NCBI GenBank assembly: GCA_037142195.1
Contig: JBAXBA010000001.1
Location: 128,001-192,000, forward strand
DNA length: 64,000 bases
Reading direction: 5' to 3'
Source: Pseudomonadota bacterium
GTDB lineage: Bacteria > Bdellovibrionota_B > Oligoflexia > Oligoflexales > CAIMVM01
Shown piece by piece: positions 28,277-40,419 of the stretch. Each line of letters begins with the position of its first letter. Within the stretch, counting starts at the first letter, position 1. Under the pieces are notes generated by a model, which did no database searches, was not told the origin of the DNA, and was given only the letters and a program-made list of their open reading frames with translations. The translations under genes and the position numbers were made by a program.

Positions 28277-29884
28277 ATGTCCAAAGTGGAGACAGCAATG
28301 CAATTTAATCGCGATTTACTTCCTCCTGGTGCGAAAATTAAGGTGATTGGTGTCGGTGGTGGTGGCTCAAATGCCATTAACACGATGATTCGATCCGGCG
28401 TAGAGGGCGTTGAGTTTGCAGTAGCAAACACAGATGTTCAATCTCTTAAAGCCTCCCTATCTGACAAGAAAATTCAGATTGGAAAAGAGCTTACTAGGGG
28501 CCTTGGCGCCGGCGCAGATCCTGACATAGGCCGAGACGCAGCTCTTGAAGATCGACATGAAATTCAAGAAGCTTTGGCTGATGCGGACATGGTGTTTATC
28601 ACCGCAGGCATGGGTGGCGGTACGGGTACTGGCGGCGCTGCTGTCATCGCTCAAATCGCTAAAGAACTTGGTGCACTTACCGTGGGTGTAGTAACTAAGC
28701 CTTTTACTTTTGAGGGTCGACGCCGTCAAAAGCATGGTGAAATTGGTATTGCACGCCTTAGAGAAAATGTCGATACCTTGATTGTCATTCCCAATCAAAG
28801 ACTTTTACAAATTGCCACTCCCCAAATGACGATGCTGGAAGCTTTCCGTTTAGCAGACGATGTCCTCGTCAATGCCGTACGCGGGATTTCTGATATTATA
28901 AATATTCCTGGAACCATCAATGTCGACTTTGCGGACGTCAAGTCGGTCATGAGTTCTATGGGCCAAGCCCTCATGGGCATTGGCCAGGCAACAGGTGAAA
29001 ACCGTGCCGTTGAAGCGGCAACTCAAGCGATTTCTTCCCCACTTCTGGAAGACATTGATATCGAAGGCGCAACGGGCATCTTGATCAATATTACTGCTGG
29101 TCCAGACGTTGGCATTATGGAAATCAATGAAGCATGTTCGGTCATTCAAGAAGCAGCCCATGAAGATGCAAACATCATTTTTGGTGCTGTCATTGATGAG
29201 TCCCTCACAGACGCCATTCGCGTTACTGTTATCGCCACTGGGTTTCCTAACGACAACTACATTGACGAAGACATTTTCAACAGCCAGCGCACGGTACTCG
29301 CCTCTGCCAAGGACGGAATCATGGGACGCAGTCGCCCCATCATCGACAGCCGCCGCTATCCCAGGGTGGGAGCGTCTTCTTCTGCTATCCAAAACACCAG
29401 AGCACGCCAGGCCCAGCAACAGATAAACCGTGAAGAAGCTGCTTCTCAAGCCTCTTCAGATCGCTTTACAACCGAGTCACTTGCACAGATGACTCTTACC
29501 AACATAGCACAAAGCCAAGCTGCCAAAGGTCCTAGTGATTTTTCTCCTCAACCTATGGAAAATATCGCTGCTCCTAAGCAAGAATTTGGGATGGAAATGA
29601 GACCCGACATTCATCCTGCGCCCACCGTTTTTGAACCAAAGTCTGATGCTGCTTCCTTTTTTATGAGTCCTGATGCCGCAAAGATGGAAGTTCATACTCC
29701 TGGATACAGCTCGGGATCAAACCACGCTTCGCAAGCGGATGTCGACTTTGCTGACGAAATCAATCGCTCAATTGATGACGCCTTAAACCTCGCGGACAGC
29801 ATTTCTATGCAAAATCGTGAGTCTATCGACAATCTAGATATCCCCACTTTCTTAAGAAATGAAATTAAGAATTTGAATATCTAA
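28277..29884 (+). CDS. ftsZ: Cell division GTPase FtsZ with long C-terminal linker
   Basis: GVGGGGSNA, GGGTGTG tubulin signature, NVDFADV, C-terminal LDIPTFLR. Confidence 0.99.
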   Translation: MSKVETAMQFNRDLLPPGAKIKVIGVGGGGSNAINTMIRSGVEGVEFAVANTDVQSLKASLSDKKIQIGKELTRGLGAGADPDIGRDAALEDRHEIQEALADADMVFITAGMGGGTGTGGAAVIAQIAKELGALTVGVVTKPFTFEGRRRQKHGEIGIARLRENVDTLIVIPNQRLLQIATPQMTMLEAFRLADDVLVNAVRGISDIINIPGTINVDFADVKSVMSSMGQALMGIGQATGENRAVEAATQAISSPLLEDIDIEGATGILINITAGPDVGIMEINEACSVIQEAAHEDANIIFGAVIDESLTDAIRVTVIATGFPNDNYIDEDIFNSQRTVLASAKDGIMGRSRPIIDSRRYPRVGASSSAIQNTRARQAQQQINREEAASQASSDRFTTESLAQMTLTNIAQSQAAKGPSDFSPQPMENIAAPKQEFGMEMRPDIHPAPTVFEPKSDAASFFMSPDAAKMEVHTPGYSSGSNHASQADVDFADEINRSIDDALNLADSISMQNRESIDNLDIPTFLRNEIKNLNI

Positions 29885-29925
29885 ATCTCTCTGGTTTTGT
29901 TGCGATGCTTTTTTGAATCTATATG

Positions 29926-29961
29926 ACGTCTTCAGAAACAAAAATCTGAAGACGTTTTTTT
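29926..29961 (+). terminator. Intrinsic terminator of the dcw cluster
   Basis: ACGTCTTCAGA-aacaaaaa-TCTGAAGACGT followed by T run. Confidence 0.85.
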
Positions 29962-30346
29962 CTTAAAATCTCCATGCGTCATCAATGGGCCGCAGATTTA
30001 GCTGAGTCAAGAAGCGAAGACCCAATTGTTGGATAGAAAACTGATTTAAGTCTTATATGTTGAATAAAATATACATTTCTTTCTTTTGTATCACTATGAC
30101 TTTGCTTCTATGAACGTGAAATAAAGCTTTTTTTGTAATTAAATCGGCGGCTCGGACTGTAATCAGCTCCCCTTATCAATTCCGGCAAGGGAAAGAGCCT
30201 TTTTGAGGTTTTTATTTGGCAAAGAAACACCATTGGCTGATGTGAGCGTTCAGATTATAAAGCTCTGCATAATGGATACCGTCAACTCCATACCCTGCAG
30301 AAGAGTGTAAGATCATTTCCCAAAAATATCTGGGAATAACGACCTT

Positions 30347-32359
30347 TCAAATCTTGCAATCCGTGTAAGGAATAGCCCCTTTACCTGCGAGATTTATCGT
30401 TTTTATCCCATCCGGCTGTAAGGAGCACTTATGCAGTTTATCAATAAGTGAAAAGTCGATGGGTCCCACTGTAGGCTTAAGACCATCGGGCACCGTCCAT
30501 ATGAAGTCTGGTGATTCCATTCGTGAAAATGTTTCCGCCGACTCTTGTACAGAAGTCGCAGCACTTGGTATCACACCCCACTCACCGCCAATAACACGCT
30601 GATTTTTGTCCAGCTCTAAAGTGTAGTTGTAAATACTTTCGGAAGAGAAATCATCTTCGCTGCGGCTGTGTATTGCAGGCGCACTTTCGACGCCATAGGA
30701 AACTTTATTCTGAAGCTGCACTAAAAACATCGTCCCTTTTGCCCGATAGTTTGCAAAGGCGTCATCGACATCCTCTATTCTAACTGGCTCCCCAGGTGCA
30801 CTTAGTGTGCCATTTTTTTTACGAATCCTTTGGTGTGTCAGTGCATACTTGAAGACCGGCTGATTCCAAACTTGGTTAAATCTGTCTTTATCAAATATAA
30901 ATCCGCGTTTTCTATTTTTGATTTGTTCATAAAGAGCCAAATGTAGGGTCATTGGATTGGTATCTCGACACCCAGTATACATGCGAGCCGTCATAGATTT
31001 TGCTTTGGAGTAGTCATTGGCTTTTACCGCTTTTTGGTACTCTACTAACGAAGGAAAGACGCTTAATTGGTAGACTTCCGGGGAAATCCTTGAGCGCACC
31101 AGTCCTACTCGCGACTGGCCAGCTCCTGGTGCGTCACTAAAAACGATCATACCCTTATCTAACTTAGAACTTGTGAGCACTAATTGCTGACCGCCTGACT
31201 GAAGAGTGCAGGAACTCTGAAGTCCACTACAAATAACCCCATCTAAACTGCGGCCCCATTTGTCAACCTCTGTGGTTTCAGATTCACAACGTTGTCCAAC
31301 AAACGTATATTTTGGCGGTTGGTCCGCCCAAACCTTAGTTAGTAGCCCCCTCAAATCGCCCTCTGTAAATAAGATCTGGGCGCCTAATACCTCAACCATT
31401 ACAGCATGTTTAGGGGGTGCTTCGAAAAGTGAGGCAGAAGCCCAACCATGGCAATGCCCCATCCAACCCCAGCTATTGTCATTAAATTGGCCCACAAAGG
31501 AAGCCCAACTCTGCCAGCTTTTTCCTAGCATGAAAAAATCTTTTGACAGCATTTGGGCCGAACTTAGGAAGTTTTGGACGTTGGGCTTTTGCTGTCTTAA
31601 AAGGTTTGTAAAAGCCAATTCATAGTCTTTAGATGCTGCTTCCGATGCATTCGCAGCTGCTTCTAATTGCTTATAAAGCTGCGAAAGGTTGGCATTTATA
31701 ATTTTGCTTTCCTTTTCGATTTGTTCTAACTTCGCTTTGGCACTTAAATCACCAGTTGCTGCTTTAGATCGAAGAGTCGAGGATTCTGCGTCTTTTTCGA
31801 GATATAGAGTTGCAAGTTCAGCGGTCTTATTCTCAATTGCTTTTGACTCCAATTCAATTTTTTTCAGTCTTTTAGATATATCACTCATATTTCGCTGCAA
31901 TGGTAACAAACCCGCTGTTTCCACTCTATTGTCAATTGCCTTTAACGCTTGTCCTAGACCTGGGCTGAAAACACCTTGGTTTTTAACAAGATCATATTTT
32001 TCACCCGGAGACAAATAGGCGAGGGAAGTCATTTTTTTGTCTTGGAACACTTGCATCATTTCAAAAAATTGAAGGCCTGGAGATAATGGGCTACCATTTA
32101 TGGGCCCCTTCTCTTGATCGGCCATCCAACGGTTTGCTAAACCCATATCCATTAATGGCCAATAGGTATCAGACCATGGTTGTTGGATTTCAGCTCCATT
32201 GTCTTTACGAAGAATGTCCCAACTCGTATTCACGCTTCCTCCCATTAGAAGGGGGTCGTCCCAAGGCCCTGGAGCTTCTTTAAAATCCGAGTTTTTCATG
32301 GGCTTACAATTGGCTATCGAAAGTGAGAGAAACAGGAAACAAATAGGCTTTAAAAGCAT
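30347..32359 (-). CDS. Transglutaminase-elicitor (Phytophthora GP42-like) family lipoprotein with coiled-coil insertion
   Basis: Lipobox SIAN-C; PWSDTYWP, SPGEKYD, WMGHCHGWA (catalytic Cys-His), CRDTNP..LH, QVWNQPV, YTLELD...IGGEW, PDFIW. Confidence 0.82.
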   Translation of the reverse strand: MLLKPICFLFLSLSIANCKPMKNSDFKEAPGPWDDPLLMGGSVNTSWDILRKDNGAEIQQPWSDTYWPLMDMGLANRWMADQEKGPINGSPLSPGLQFFEMMQVFQDKKMTSLAYLSPGEKYDLVKNQGVFSPGLGQALKAIDNRVETAGLLPLQRNMSDISKRLKKIELESKAIENKTAELATLYLEKDAESSTLRSKAATGDLSAKAKLEQIEKESKIINANLSQLYKQLEAAANASEAASKDYELAFTNLLRQQKPNVQNFLSSAQMLSKDFFMLGKSWQSWASFVGQFNDNSWGWMGHCHGWASASLFEAPPKHAVMVEVLGAQILFTEGDLRGLLTKVWADQPPKYTFVGQRCESETTEVDKWGRSLDGVICSGLQSSCTLQSGGQQLVLTSSKLDKGMIVFSDAPGAGQSRVGLVRSRISPEVYQLSVFPSLVEYQKAVKANDYSKAKSMTARMYTGCRDTNPMTLHLALYEQIKNRKRGFIFDKDRFNQVWNQPVFKYALTHQRIRKKNGTLSAPGEPVRIEDVDDAFANYRAKGTMFLVQLQNKVSYGVESAPAIHSRSEDDFSSESIYNYTLELDKNQRVIGGEWGVIPSAATSVQESAETFSRMESPDFIWTVPDGLKPTVGPIDFSLIDKLHKCSLQPDGIKTINLAGKGAIPYTDCKI

Positions 32360-32383
32360 GGTTGGCGTCCTTTTGAAACTTGC

Positions 32384-33235
32384 TTAGAGATAAATCTCTT
32401 TAATGGATTTATACACCCGAGGGTTGGGAACTCCTGAAGGAACCATTTCCAAATCGGGCTGGTTCGCAAGAGCTCGATAGATAGAGTTTCTCATGGCTTT
32501 ACGTCCTTGTTTTCTGCCCCACAGGTCAATAAGGGCTGAAAGCCAACTCCCAAGGAAATGACCAAGTCCTATTTTAGGCTTAAGTGCATATTGAGTAAGG
32601 GCGTTAGACATAATCGCTTTCATGGTGAATTTCGATGTCGCGAGATCAATAATATTTCGCGGTTCTGAGACCTCAGTTTTCGAAAGTTTTTCGAGATAGA
32701 TGCTGAGATCTTCAACAGAAACTAAAGCACATTCCGACTTGGCCTTAAAAACAGGATAGAACAAAGGAAGTTTAAAAAACTCTTTGATATACAAATCAAA
32801 AGGCGAAGTTTTCTTCTTAGAAACTAAGATAGGCACTCTTACTAGGATCACTTCGGGAATGACGGAATTGATAGCAACCCCTTCTGCGATATAGGAGTCC
32901 TTATGCCAGGCATCCAAGCCATCAAATTTGCAACCGGTCTGAGACAACATAATCAATCTCTTTACACCGATTTTTTCGCAAAGAGTAACAATCGCTTCTG
33001 TGACTTGGGGCTTGCTTTCAAAGCTTGCCGCTAAATGGTAGGCCGTGTTCGCCCCCGCAAGAAGGTTCGCCGGCAGGACCGTTTCTTTCTTAGTGAGGTC
33101 GCCAGTACACCATTTTATCGAAGACGAATCATCCATGATTTTAGCGCGCGAGATCGCGGTGATTTTACCACTTAAGCGCAAAAGCAGCTCTTGTCCTACA
33201 AACCCACTGGCACCAAAGACTAATGTTCGACTCAT
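32384..33235 (-). CDS. Atypical SDR / NAD(P)-dependent epimerase-like protein
   Basis: Rossmann motif VFGASGFVG, GDLT, YHLAA; canonical YxxxK not evident. Confidence 0.7.
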   Translation of the reverse strand: MSRTLVFGASGFVGQELLLRLSGKITAISRAKIMDDSSSIKWCTGDLTKKETVLPANLLAGANTAYHLAASFESKPQVTEAIVTLCEKIGVKRLIMLSQTGCKFDGLDAWHKDSYIAEGVAINSVIPEVILVRVPILVSKKKTSPFDLYIKEFFKLPLFYPVFKAKSECALVSVEDLSIYLEKLSKTEVSEPRNIIDLATSKFTMKAIMSNALTQYALKPKIGLGHFLGSWLSALIDLWGRKQGRKAMRNSIYRALANQPDLEMVPSGVPNPRVYKSIKEIYL

Positions 33236-34260
33236 AACATCTCACCTCTTAAGTCATTATACACCTGAGCCAACGATTCGGCTGCTTTTGCCCAAGTTCG
33301 CTGCATGATCTTTTGTGTGAGCTCTTGACTTGGTCGAACATCGATCCATCTCGCTATGACTTGAGCCCACTCCTCCACATGATATCCCACGTTACCCTCA
33401 CCGAACTCTACGGTTTCATCAATGCCAGAGCCCTTATGAAACACTACGGGAACTCCGTGGGCATTCGCTTCCGCAGCCGGCAGGCAGAAGCCTTCATAAA
33501 GGCTTGGATGCACCAACACAAAAGCTTTGCGGTAAAGATCCGACAGCTCACTTTGCTCAAGCGAAGACTTGATCACCAATTGACCGCTCTCGCAAAGGTT
33601 TGAAAACATGCCTTTCATGCGTTGAGCACCTCTAGCATCTGTAACAAGAACCGCTTTTAGCCCCATGTATTCTGATATTTTGGCAAAAAATTCCAGGTTT
33701 TTGTAGACTTCGTAACGCGCTACGCACAGCAAATGCTCCTTAGCCGTTTCTGAGGGGGCTGTCCACGGCGGAAAACCATTAGGAATCACTCGAATTTTCT
33801 CCTCGGAGATACCCTCTCTTACCAGGGCTTCCTTGGTCCACTGGGAAACCGCAATCACCCGGTCTGCGCTCTTTGCAACTTGCTTATAAAGGGCTTTAAA
33901 GAGAATTCCATAACGCGAGGAATCCGACGTTAAAACAGGAATCAAGTCATGAATGGTGATGACTGAGCGGACACCTCTTTTAAGTTTTATAACTGGCCCA
34001 TTTATATTGGAAAGCCCATGGACAATACTGCCCTGGGGTAGAAAATAAGGCCGAACTTGAGGCAGAGGGAATTTGTTTTCCGAAAGACCTCCTGTAAGGA
34101 GAGCTTCCCCTATTTCTAGTCCGTTAAAAAGCCTCGGAGTCCAACCGAAGCTTAGCAATTGCTGACTCAGATTTCTGCCATAGCTGCCAATGCCGCTATG
34201 GGGTGAAGACAGGCCTAAATCGTCCCAAATCAGAGTCTTAGAGATATCCTTTGAAATCAT
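33232..34260 (-). CDS. Glycosyltransferase family 4 (GT-B fold)
   Basis: SGIGSY, ITIHDLIP, IAVSQWT, VIPNG, PSLYEGFCLPAAEA (E-x7-E). Confidence 0.9.
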   Translation of the reverse strand: MISKDISKTLIWDDLGLSSPHSGIGSYGRNLSQQLLSFGWTPRLFNGLEIGEALLTGGLSENKFPLPQVRPYFLPQGSIVHGLSNINGPVIKLKRGVRSVITIHDLIPVLTSDSSRYGILFKALYKQVAKSADRVIAVSQWTKEALVREGISEEKIRVIPNGFPPWTAPSETAKEHLLCVARYEVYKNLEFFAKISEYMGLKAVLVTDARGAQRMKGMFSNLCESGQLVIKSSLEQSELSDLYRKAFVLVHPSLYEGFCLPAAEANAHGVPVVFHKGSGIDETVEFGEGNVGYHVEEWAQVIARWIDVRPSQELTQKIMQRTWAKAAESLAQVYNDLRGEML

Positions 34261-34380
34261 ACCATGTCTTTCATCGCCTTGGATTTAATAAAAGCGCTTA
34301 AAGACTCATAGTACCCTACGTAAGAAACAAAATCGAATGGATGTAAAAAAACCGAGGATAGAATCCTCGGGTCTTTTCGA

Positions 34381-34794
34381 TTAACGGCGACTAAGTTCCG
34401 CAAGTTTTTTTCTCGCTCGGGCTCTCTCAAGAGCCGCAAGGGCCCGTGAAATGTCCAAGGCTTCCTCATGGGTTCTCGTTGCCAATCTCTGAGCTGCTCT
34501 TTTTTCGGCACCTTCAGCCCTTTGGCTGTCAATTTTAGATATGTCTTCAATCACACTGACCAATAGGGTTACCGAATTCTGAAACACTTCGATATATCCG
34601 CCAGATACAAAAAAGTTCTTTTTGTCTTGGCCCCTAATCTCTAACTTTCCAATCCCCAGTGAAGACACGAGGGCATTGTGATTGTAACGCACGCCGATGT
34701 ATCCCTTAGAGGTAGGAACGCTCACCTCTTCTGCGCTTCCTTCAAACAAACTAGCAGAAGGCGAAATTACTTTAACGTTTAAAACGTTATCCAT
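34381..34794 (-). CDS. atpC: ATP synthase F1 epsilon subunit
   Basis: VISP...F.G, GYIGV..NH, FFVSGGYIEV, C-terminal helical hairpin ALERARAR. Confidence 0.95.
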   Translation of the reverse strand: MDNVLNVKVISPSASLFEGSAEEVSVPTSKGYIGVRYNHNALVSSLGIGKLEIRGQDKKNFFVSGGYIEVFQNSVTLLVSVIEDISKIDSQRAEGAEKRAAQRLATRTHEEALDISRALAALERARARKKLAELSRR

Positions 34795-34833
34795 CAGAAT
34801 GCTCCTTAAACTTTAACCAAAAACAATCATCAA

Positions 34834-37125
<2,292 letters not shown>

Positions 37126-37126
<1 letters not shown>

Positions 37127-38637
37127 TATGCACCAAACCTCAAATCGAAGTCAGAAACTGCCTGACGAAGTTTTTCTTCTAGATCTCCAGAGAGTTTTGC
37201 TCCCCCACGAATGGAATCGAGAACCGCAGCATGTGAAGAATTCAAGTAGTCGTATAGACCCACTTCAAATTCACGAAGGCGCGATACGTCATATTTATCT
37301 AAAAAGCCTTTAGCAGCAGCGTAAAGAATAGAAACCTGAAGAGCCACATCCAATGGGGCATATTGAGGCTGCTTTAAAATCTCAACCAAAACTTTTCCGC
37401 GACGAAGGGTCTTTTGAGTCGCTTCATCAAGATCTGAGCCGAATTGGGAAAACGCAGCAAGCTCTCTGTACTGAGCAAGTTCAAGGCGAAGGGTACCCGA
37501 TATAGACTTCATAGCAGCAATTTGTGCTGAGCCACCCACTCGAGAAACCGATTGCCCGGCGTTCATAGCGGGACGAACACCTGAGAAGAATAAGTCAGAT
37601 TCTAAGAAAATTTGGCCGTCAGTAATAGAAATTACGTTCGTAGGAACATAAGCAGAAATGTCTCCGGCCTGAGTTTCAATGATCGGAAGAGCCGTTATGG
37701 AGCCATTACCTAGATCATCATTCAGTTTACAAGCGCGCTCTAAAAGACGGCTGTGAATGTAAAATACATCCCCAGGATAAGCTTCACGTCCGGGAGGTCT
37801 GCGTAGAAGAAGAGACAATTCGCGGTAAGCTGCTGCCTGCTTAGAAAGGTCATCATAAACGATGAGCGCGTGCTCCTTGTTTTTCATGAACCACTCAGCC
37901 ATAGCAACACCTGCATAGGGCGCCAAAAACTGCATGGGGGCTGGGTCTGTAGCCGGTGCAGATACGATGATGGTATAATCAAGGGCGCCGTTTTTCTTGA
38001 GGCGCTCAACGATTTGTGCCACGTTGGACTGCTTTTGTCCGATCGCAACATAAATACAAATAACACCTTTGCCCTTTTGATTGATAATCGTGTCCAGTGC
38101 GACTGTCGTCTTGCCGGTTTGGCGGTCACCAATGATAAGCTCACGCTGTCCTCGGCCAATCGGCGTCATGGCATCGATACACTTTAAGCCTGTCTGTAAA
38201 GGCTCATGAACGGATTTACGAGCAATAATTCCCGGGGCTTTAACTTCTACCTGGCCTTTTTCTGAGCCTTCAATAGGGCCGAGACCATCAAGAGGCACGC
38301 CAAGGGCATCCACAACGCGACCCAATAGACCGCGGCCTACGGGAACGGAGTTAATGGTTTTTAAACGACGTACGGAGTCGCCTTCGCTTACTCCATCAGC
38401 GGTACCAAAAAGCGCCACACCCACGTTGTCTTCTTCGAGGTTCAACACGACACCCTTAGAGCCATTTTGGAACTCAACCATTTCACCGGCCATCGCGCCT
38501 TCAAGCCCATATACACGGGCAATACCGTCGCCAACAGAAAGTACAGATCCTGTTTCTTCAAGCTGTACCTTCGTTCCGAAGGTCTTGATGCGGTCACTTA
38601 TGATCTTGCTAACTTCTTCAATCTTGATTTTTTCCAT
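37126..38637 (-). CDS. atpA: ATP synthase F1 alpha subunit
   Basis: [37 protein letters not shown]. Confidence 0.99.
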
Positions 38638-38649
38638 GTCTTTTTGGCC

Positions 38650-39186
38650 TCACTGAACTGCAAATGCAGTTAATTTATCTAATTTTGTTTGAACACTCAT
38701 ATCAATCAATTTATTGCCCACCCGTACTTTAAATCCCCCGTAGACAGCGGGATCTATTTTTTGGTTTAGCAGTAACTTGATATTTAACTTTTGCTCTGCA
38801 GCTTCGGTTATGTGCTTCATGGTAAGATCATCCAGATGCACTGCTGAAATCACCTCTCCCTCTGCTATGTTTTTTGAGGCAAGAATAAGAACCTTGAGCT
38901 GCTCAGTGATTGCTGGAATCAACTCTATGCGTCCAGACTCAAGTAGGACACCCACGAAATTGTAAATCGTTTTGTCTGCCTTCACTTTATCTAAACAATA
39001 CTCTAAAAGATCTTTTTTAAATCCTTTAGGCATAACAGGGCTTTTTAAAATCCTGCCAGCGTCTGCCATGGTAAAAACTTCGGTCATTTCCCGAAGAGCG
39101 GCTAAACCTAGGTCTGCGGCCTCAGCTGAGCCGAGGGCTGTCATAAGGGCCTTAGCATATCGCGAAGAAAGCGCTTGAGTATTCAT
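38650..39186 (-). CDS. atpH: ATP synthase delta subunit
   Basis: RYAKAL, IDPAVYGGFKVRVGNKLIDMSV; operon position. Confidence 0.95.
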   Translation of the reverse strand: MNTQALSSRYAKALMTALGSAEAADLGLAALREMTEVFTMADAGRILKSPVMPKGFKKDLLEYCLDKVKADKTIYNFVGVLLESGRIELIPAITEQLKVLILASKNIAEGEVISAVHLDDLTMKHITEAAEQKLNIKLLLNQKIDPAVYGGFKVRVGNKLIDMSVQTKLDKLTAFAVQ

Positions 39187-39194
39187 GATCTTCC

Positions 39195-39827
39195 TTACGC
39201 TTGAGTGATATTAGAAATTAAAGATTGATTATATTTTTGACCGCGCTCACCACTTAATTCTGCAGATACTTTGGTGATAATTTCATTCTTGATGGTTCCT
39301 ATGATTTCTTTCTCAAGCGCTCTTTTGGCCTCTGCAAGTTCTGTTGCGGCAATACGCTTCGCTTCTAAATTGATGTGCGCTGCTAAAGCGCGCGCTTCAT
39401 TTAAAATACGTTCGCTCTCTTTTAAGGCGTCTTCTGTGCCCTTGGCAACAATTTCCGCCACTTCTTTTTCAAGAACGGAATTTCGCAATTTCGCCTCTGC
39501 CAATTGGGCTTCCGCTTCTCTTTTTAATTTTTCTGCTTCAGCCTTTAAATCCAAATAAGACTGTCTTTTTGCAGTCATTGCTTTTTTAATGGGCCCCTTT
39601 AGGAAAAAGTAGGCCAGCAAAGCGAAAACCAAAAAATTAAAGGTGGGAATAAACTGTCCCATGATGGGATCAAATGCGTGAGCCTCGTGCGCTTCTGCGC
39701 CGTGTGTTGTTTGATCTGCTGCATGGGATTCAGCACCCGTTGCAGCTTGATCTGAACCGTGCGCTTCAGTACCAGCGGTTGTCTGATCTGGCACATGCTC
39801 TGTGGAAGGATTGTTCTCGTTTTCCAT
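39195..39827 (-). CDS. atpF: ATP synthase Fo subunit b with repetitive His/acidic N-terminal extension
   Basis: TM NFLVFALLAYFFL.GP followed by long charged helix; position upstream of atpH. Confidence 0.88.
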   Translation of the reverse strand: MENENNPSTEHVPDQTTAGTEAHGSDQAATGAESHAADQTTHGAEAHEAHAFDPIMGQFIPTFNFLVFALLAYFFLKGPIKKAMTAKRQSYLDLKAEAEKLKREAEAQLAEAKLRNSVLEKEVAEIVAKGTEDALKESERILNEARALAAHINLEAKRIAATELAEAKRALEKEIIGTIKNEIITKVSAELSGERGQKYNQSLISNITQA

Positions 39828-39837
39828 ATCGGAAGCC

Positions 39838-40269
39838 TCAATTTAACAGTTTTTTAAAGATCTCATCAGACAAGGGGCCAAGAATTTCCTTGGATTTAGC
39901 ACGCTCTGAACTCAAATTGCTTTTTAAATCGGTTCGAAAACTATCTAAAAAACTTTGGGATTCTTCTGAAGCCGCTGCTGTAATTTGGCTTTGCTGCTTT
40001 TGGGCTTGTTCCCGAGCAGCCTTTATGGTGCTGCGGGCCCGTTCAAGTGCGGCGGAGGTCTTTTGTTTTATAGTTTCAGAAATTGCAGCCACTTCCTTTA
40101 GGGTGCGGCGCGCCTCATCTTGGTTTCCGACCGTGTCTTGATCACGGGCGGCCTTCAGTTTTTGATAAGGTTTTAAAATAAGAGCATTTACCAACCATAC
40201 ATTGGTTAAAAATATCCCAGTTTGCACCACCAATAATGTCGGGTTTGGCACTAGACTTAACTCAGCCAT
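39838..40269 (-). CDS. ATP synthase Fo subunit b'
   Basis: PNPTLLVVQ..IFL..VWLVN.LILKPY TM plus coiled coil; tandem with atpF. Confidence 0.85.
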   Translation of the reverse strand: MAELSLVPNPTLLVVQTGIFLTNVWLVNALILKPYQKLKAARDQDTVGNQDEARRTLKEVAAISETIKQKTSAALERARSTIKAAREQAQKQQSQITAAASEESQSFLDSFRTDLKSNLSSERAKSKEILGPLSDEIFKKLLN

Positions 40270-40419
40270 ATGTACACCTGCTGGAAAAAAAACAAGTTAA
40301 AACTCGGGCGAATGAATACCTAAAAACACTTACTTTAACAAGCACTAAAGATAAAATATTCGGGGGCCCACAAACACTCGTGATCTGTTTAGGTCTTGAA
40401 CATTTTACCCTAGGACTTT

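Noticed and set aside
28850..29449. 199-aa antisense ORF in ftsZ and the many other short antisense/alternate-frame ORFs in the track
   Set aside because: Shadow ORFs fully inside well-supported conserved genes, without motifs
34257..34550. 97-aa ORF bridging atpC and the glycosyltransferase
   Set aside because: More than half overlaps atpC in another frame; no motif
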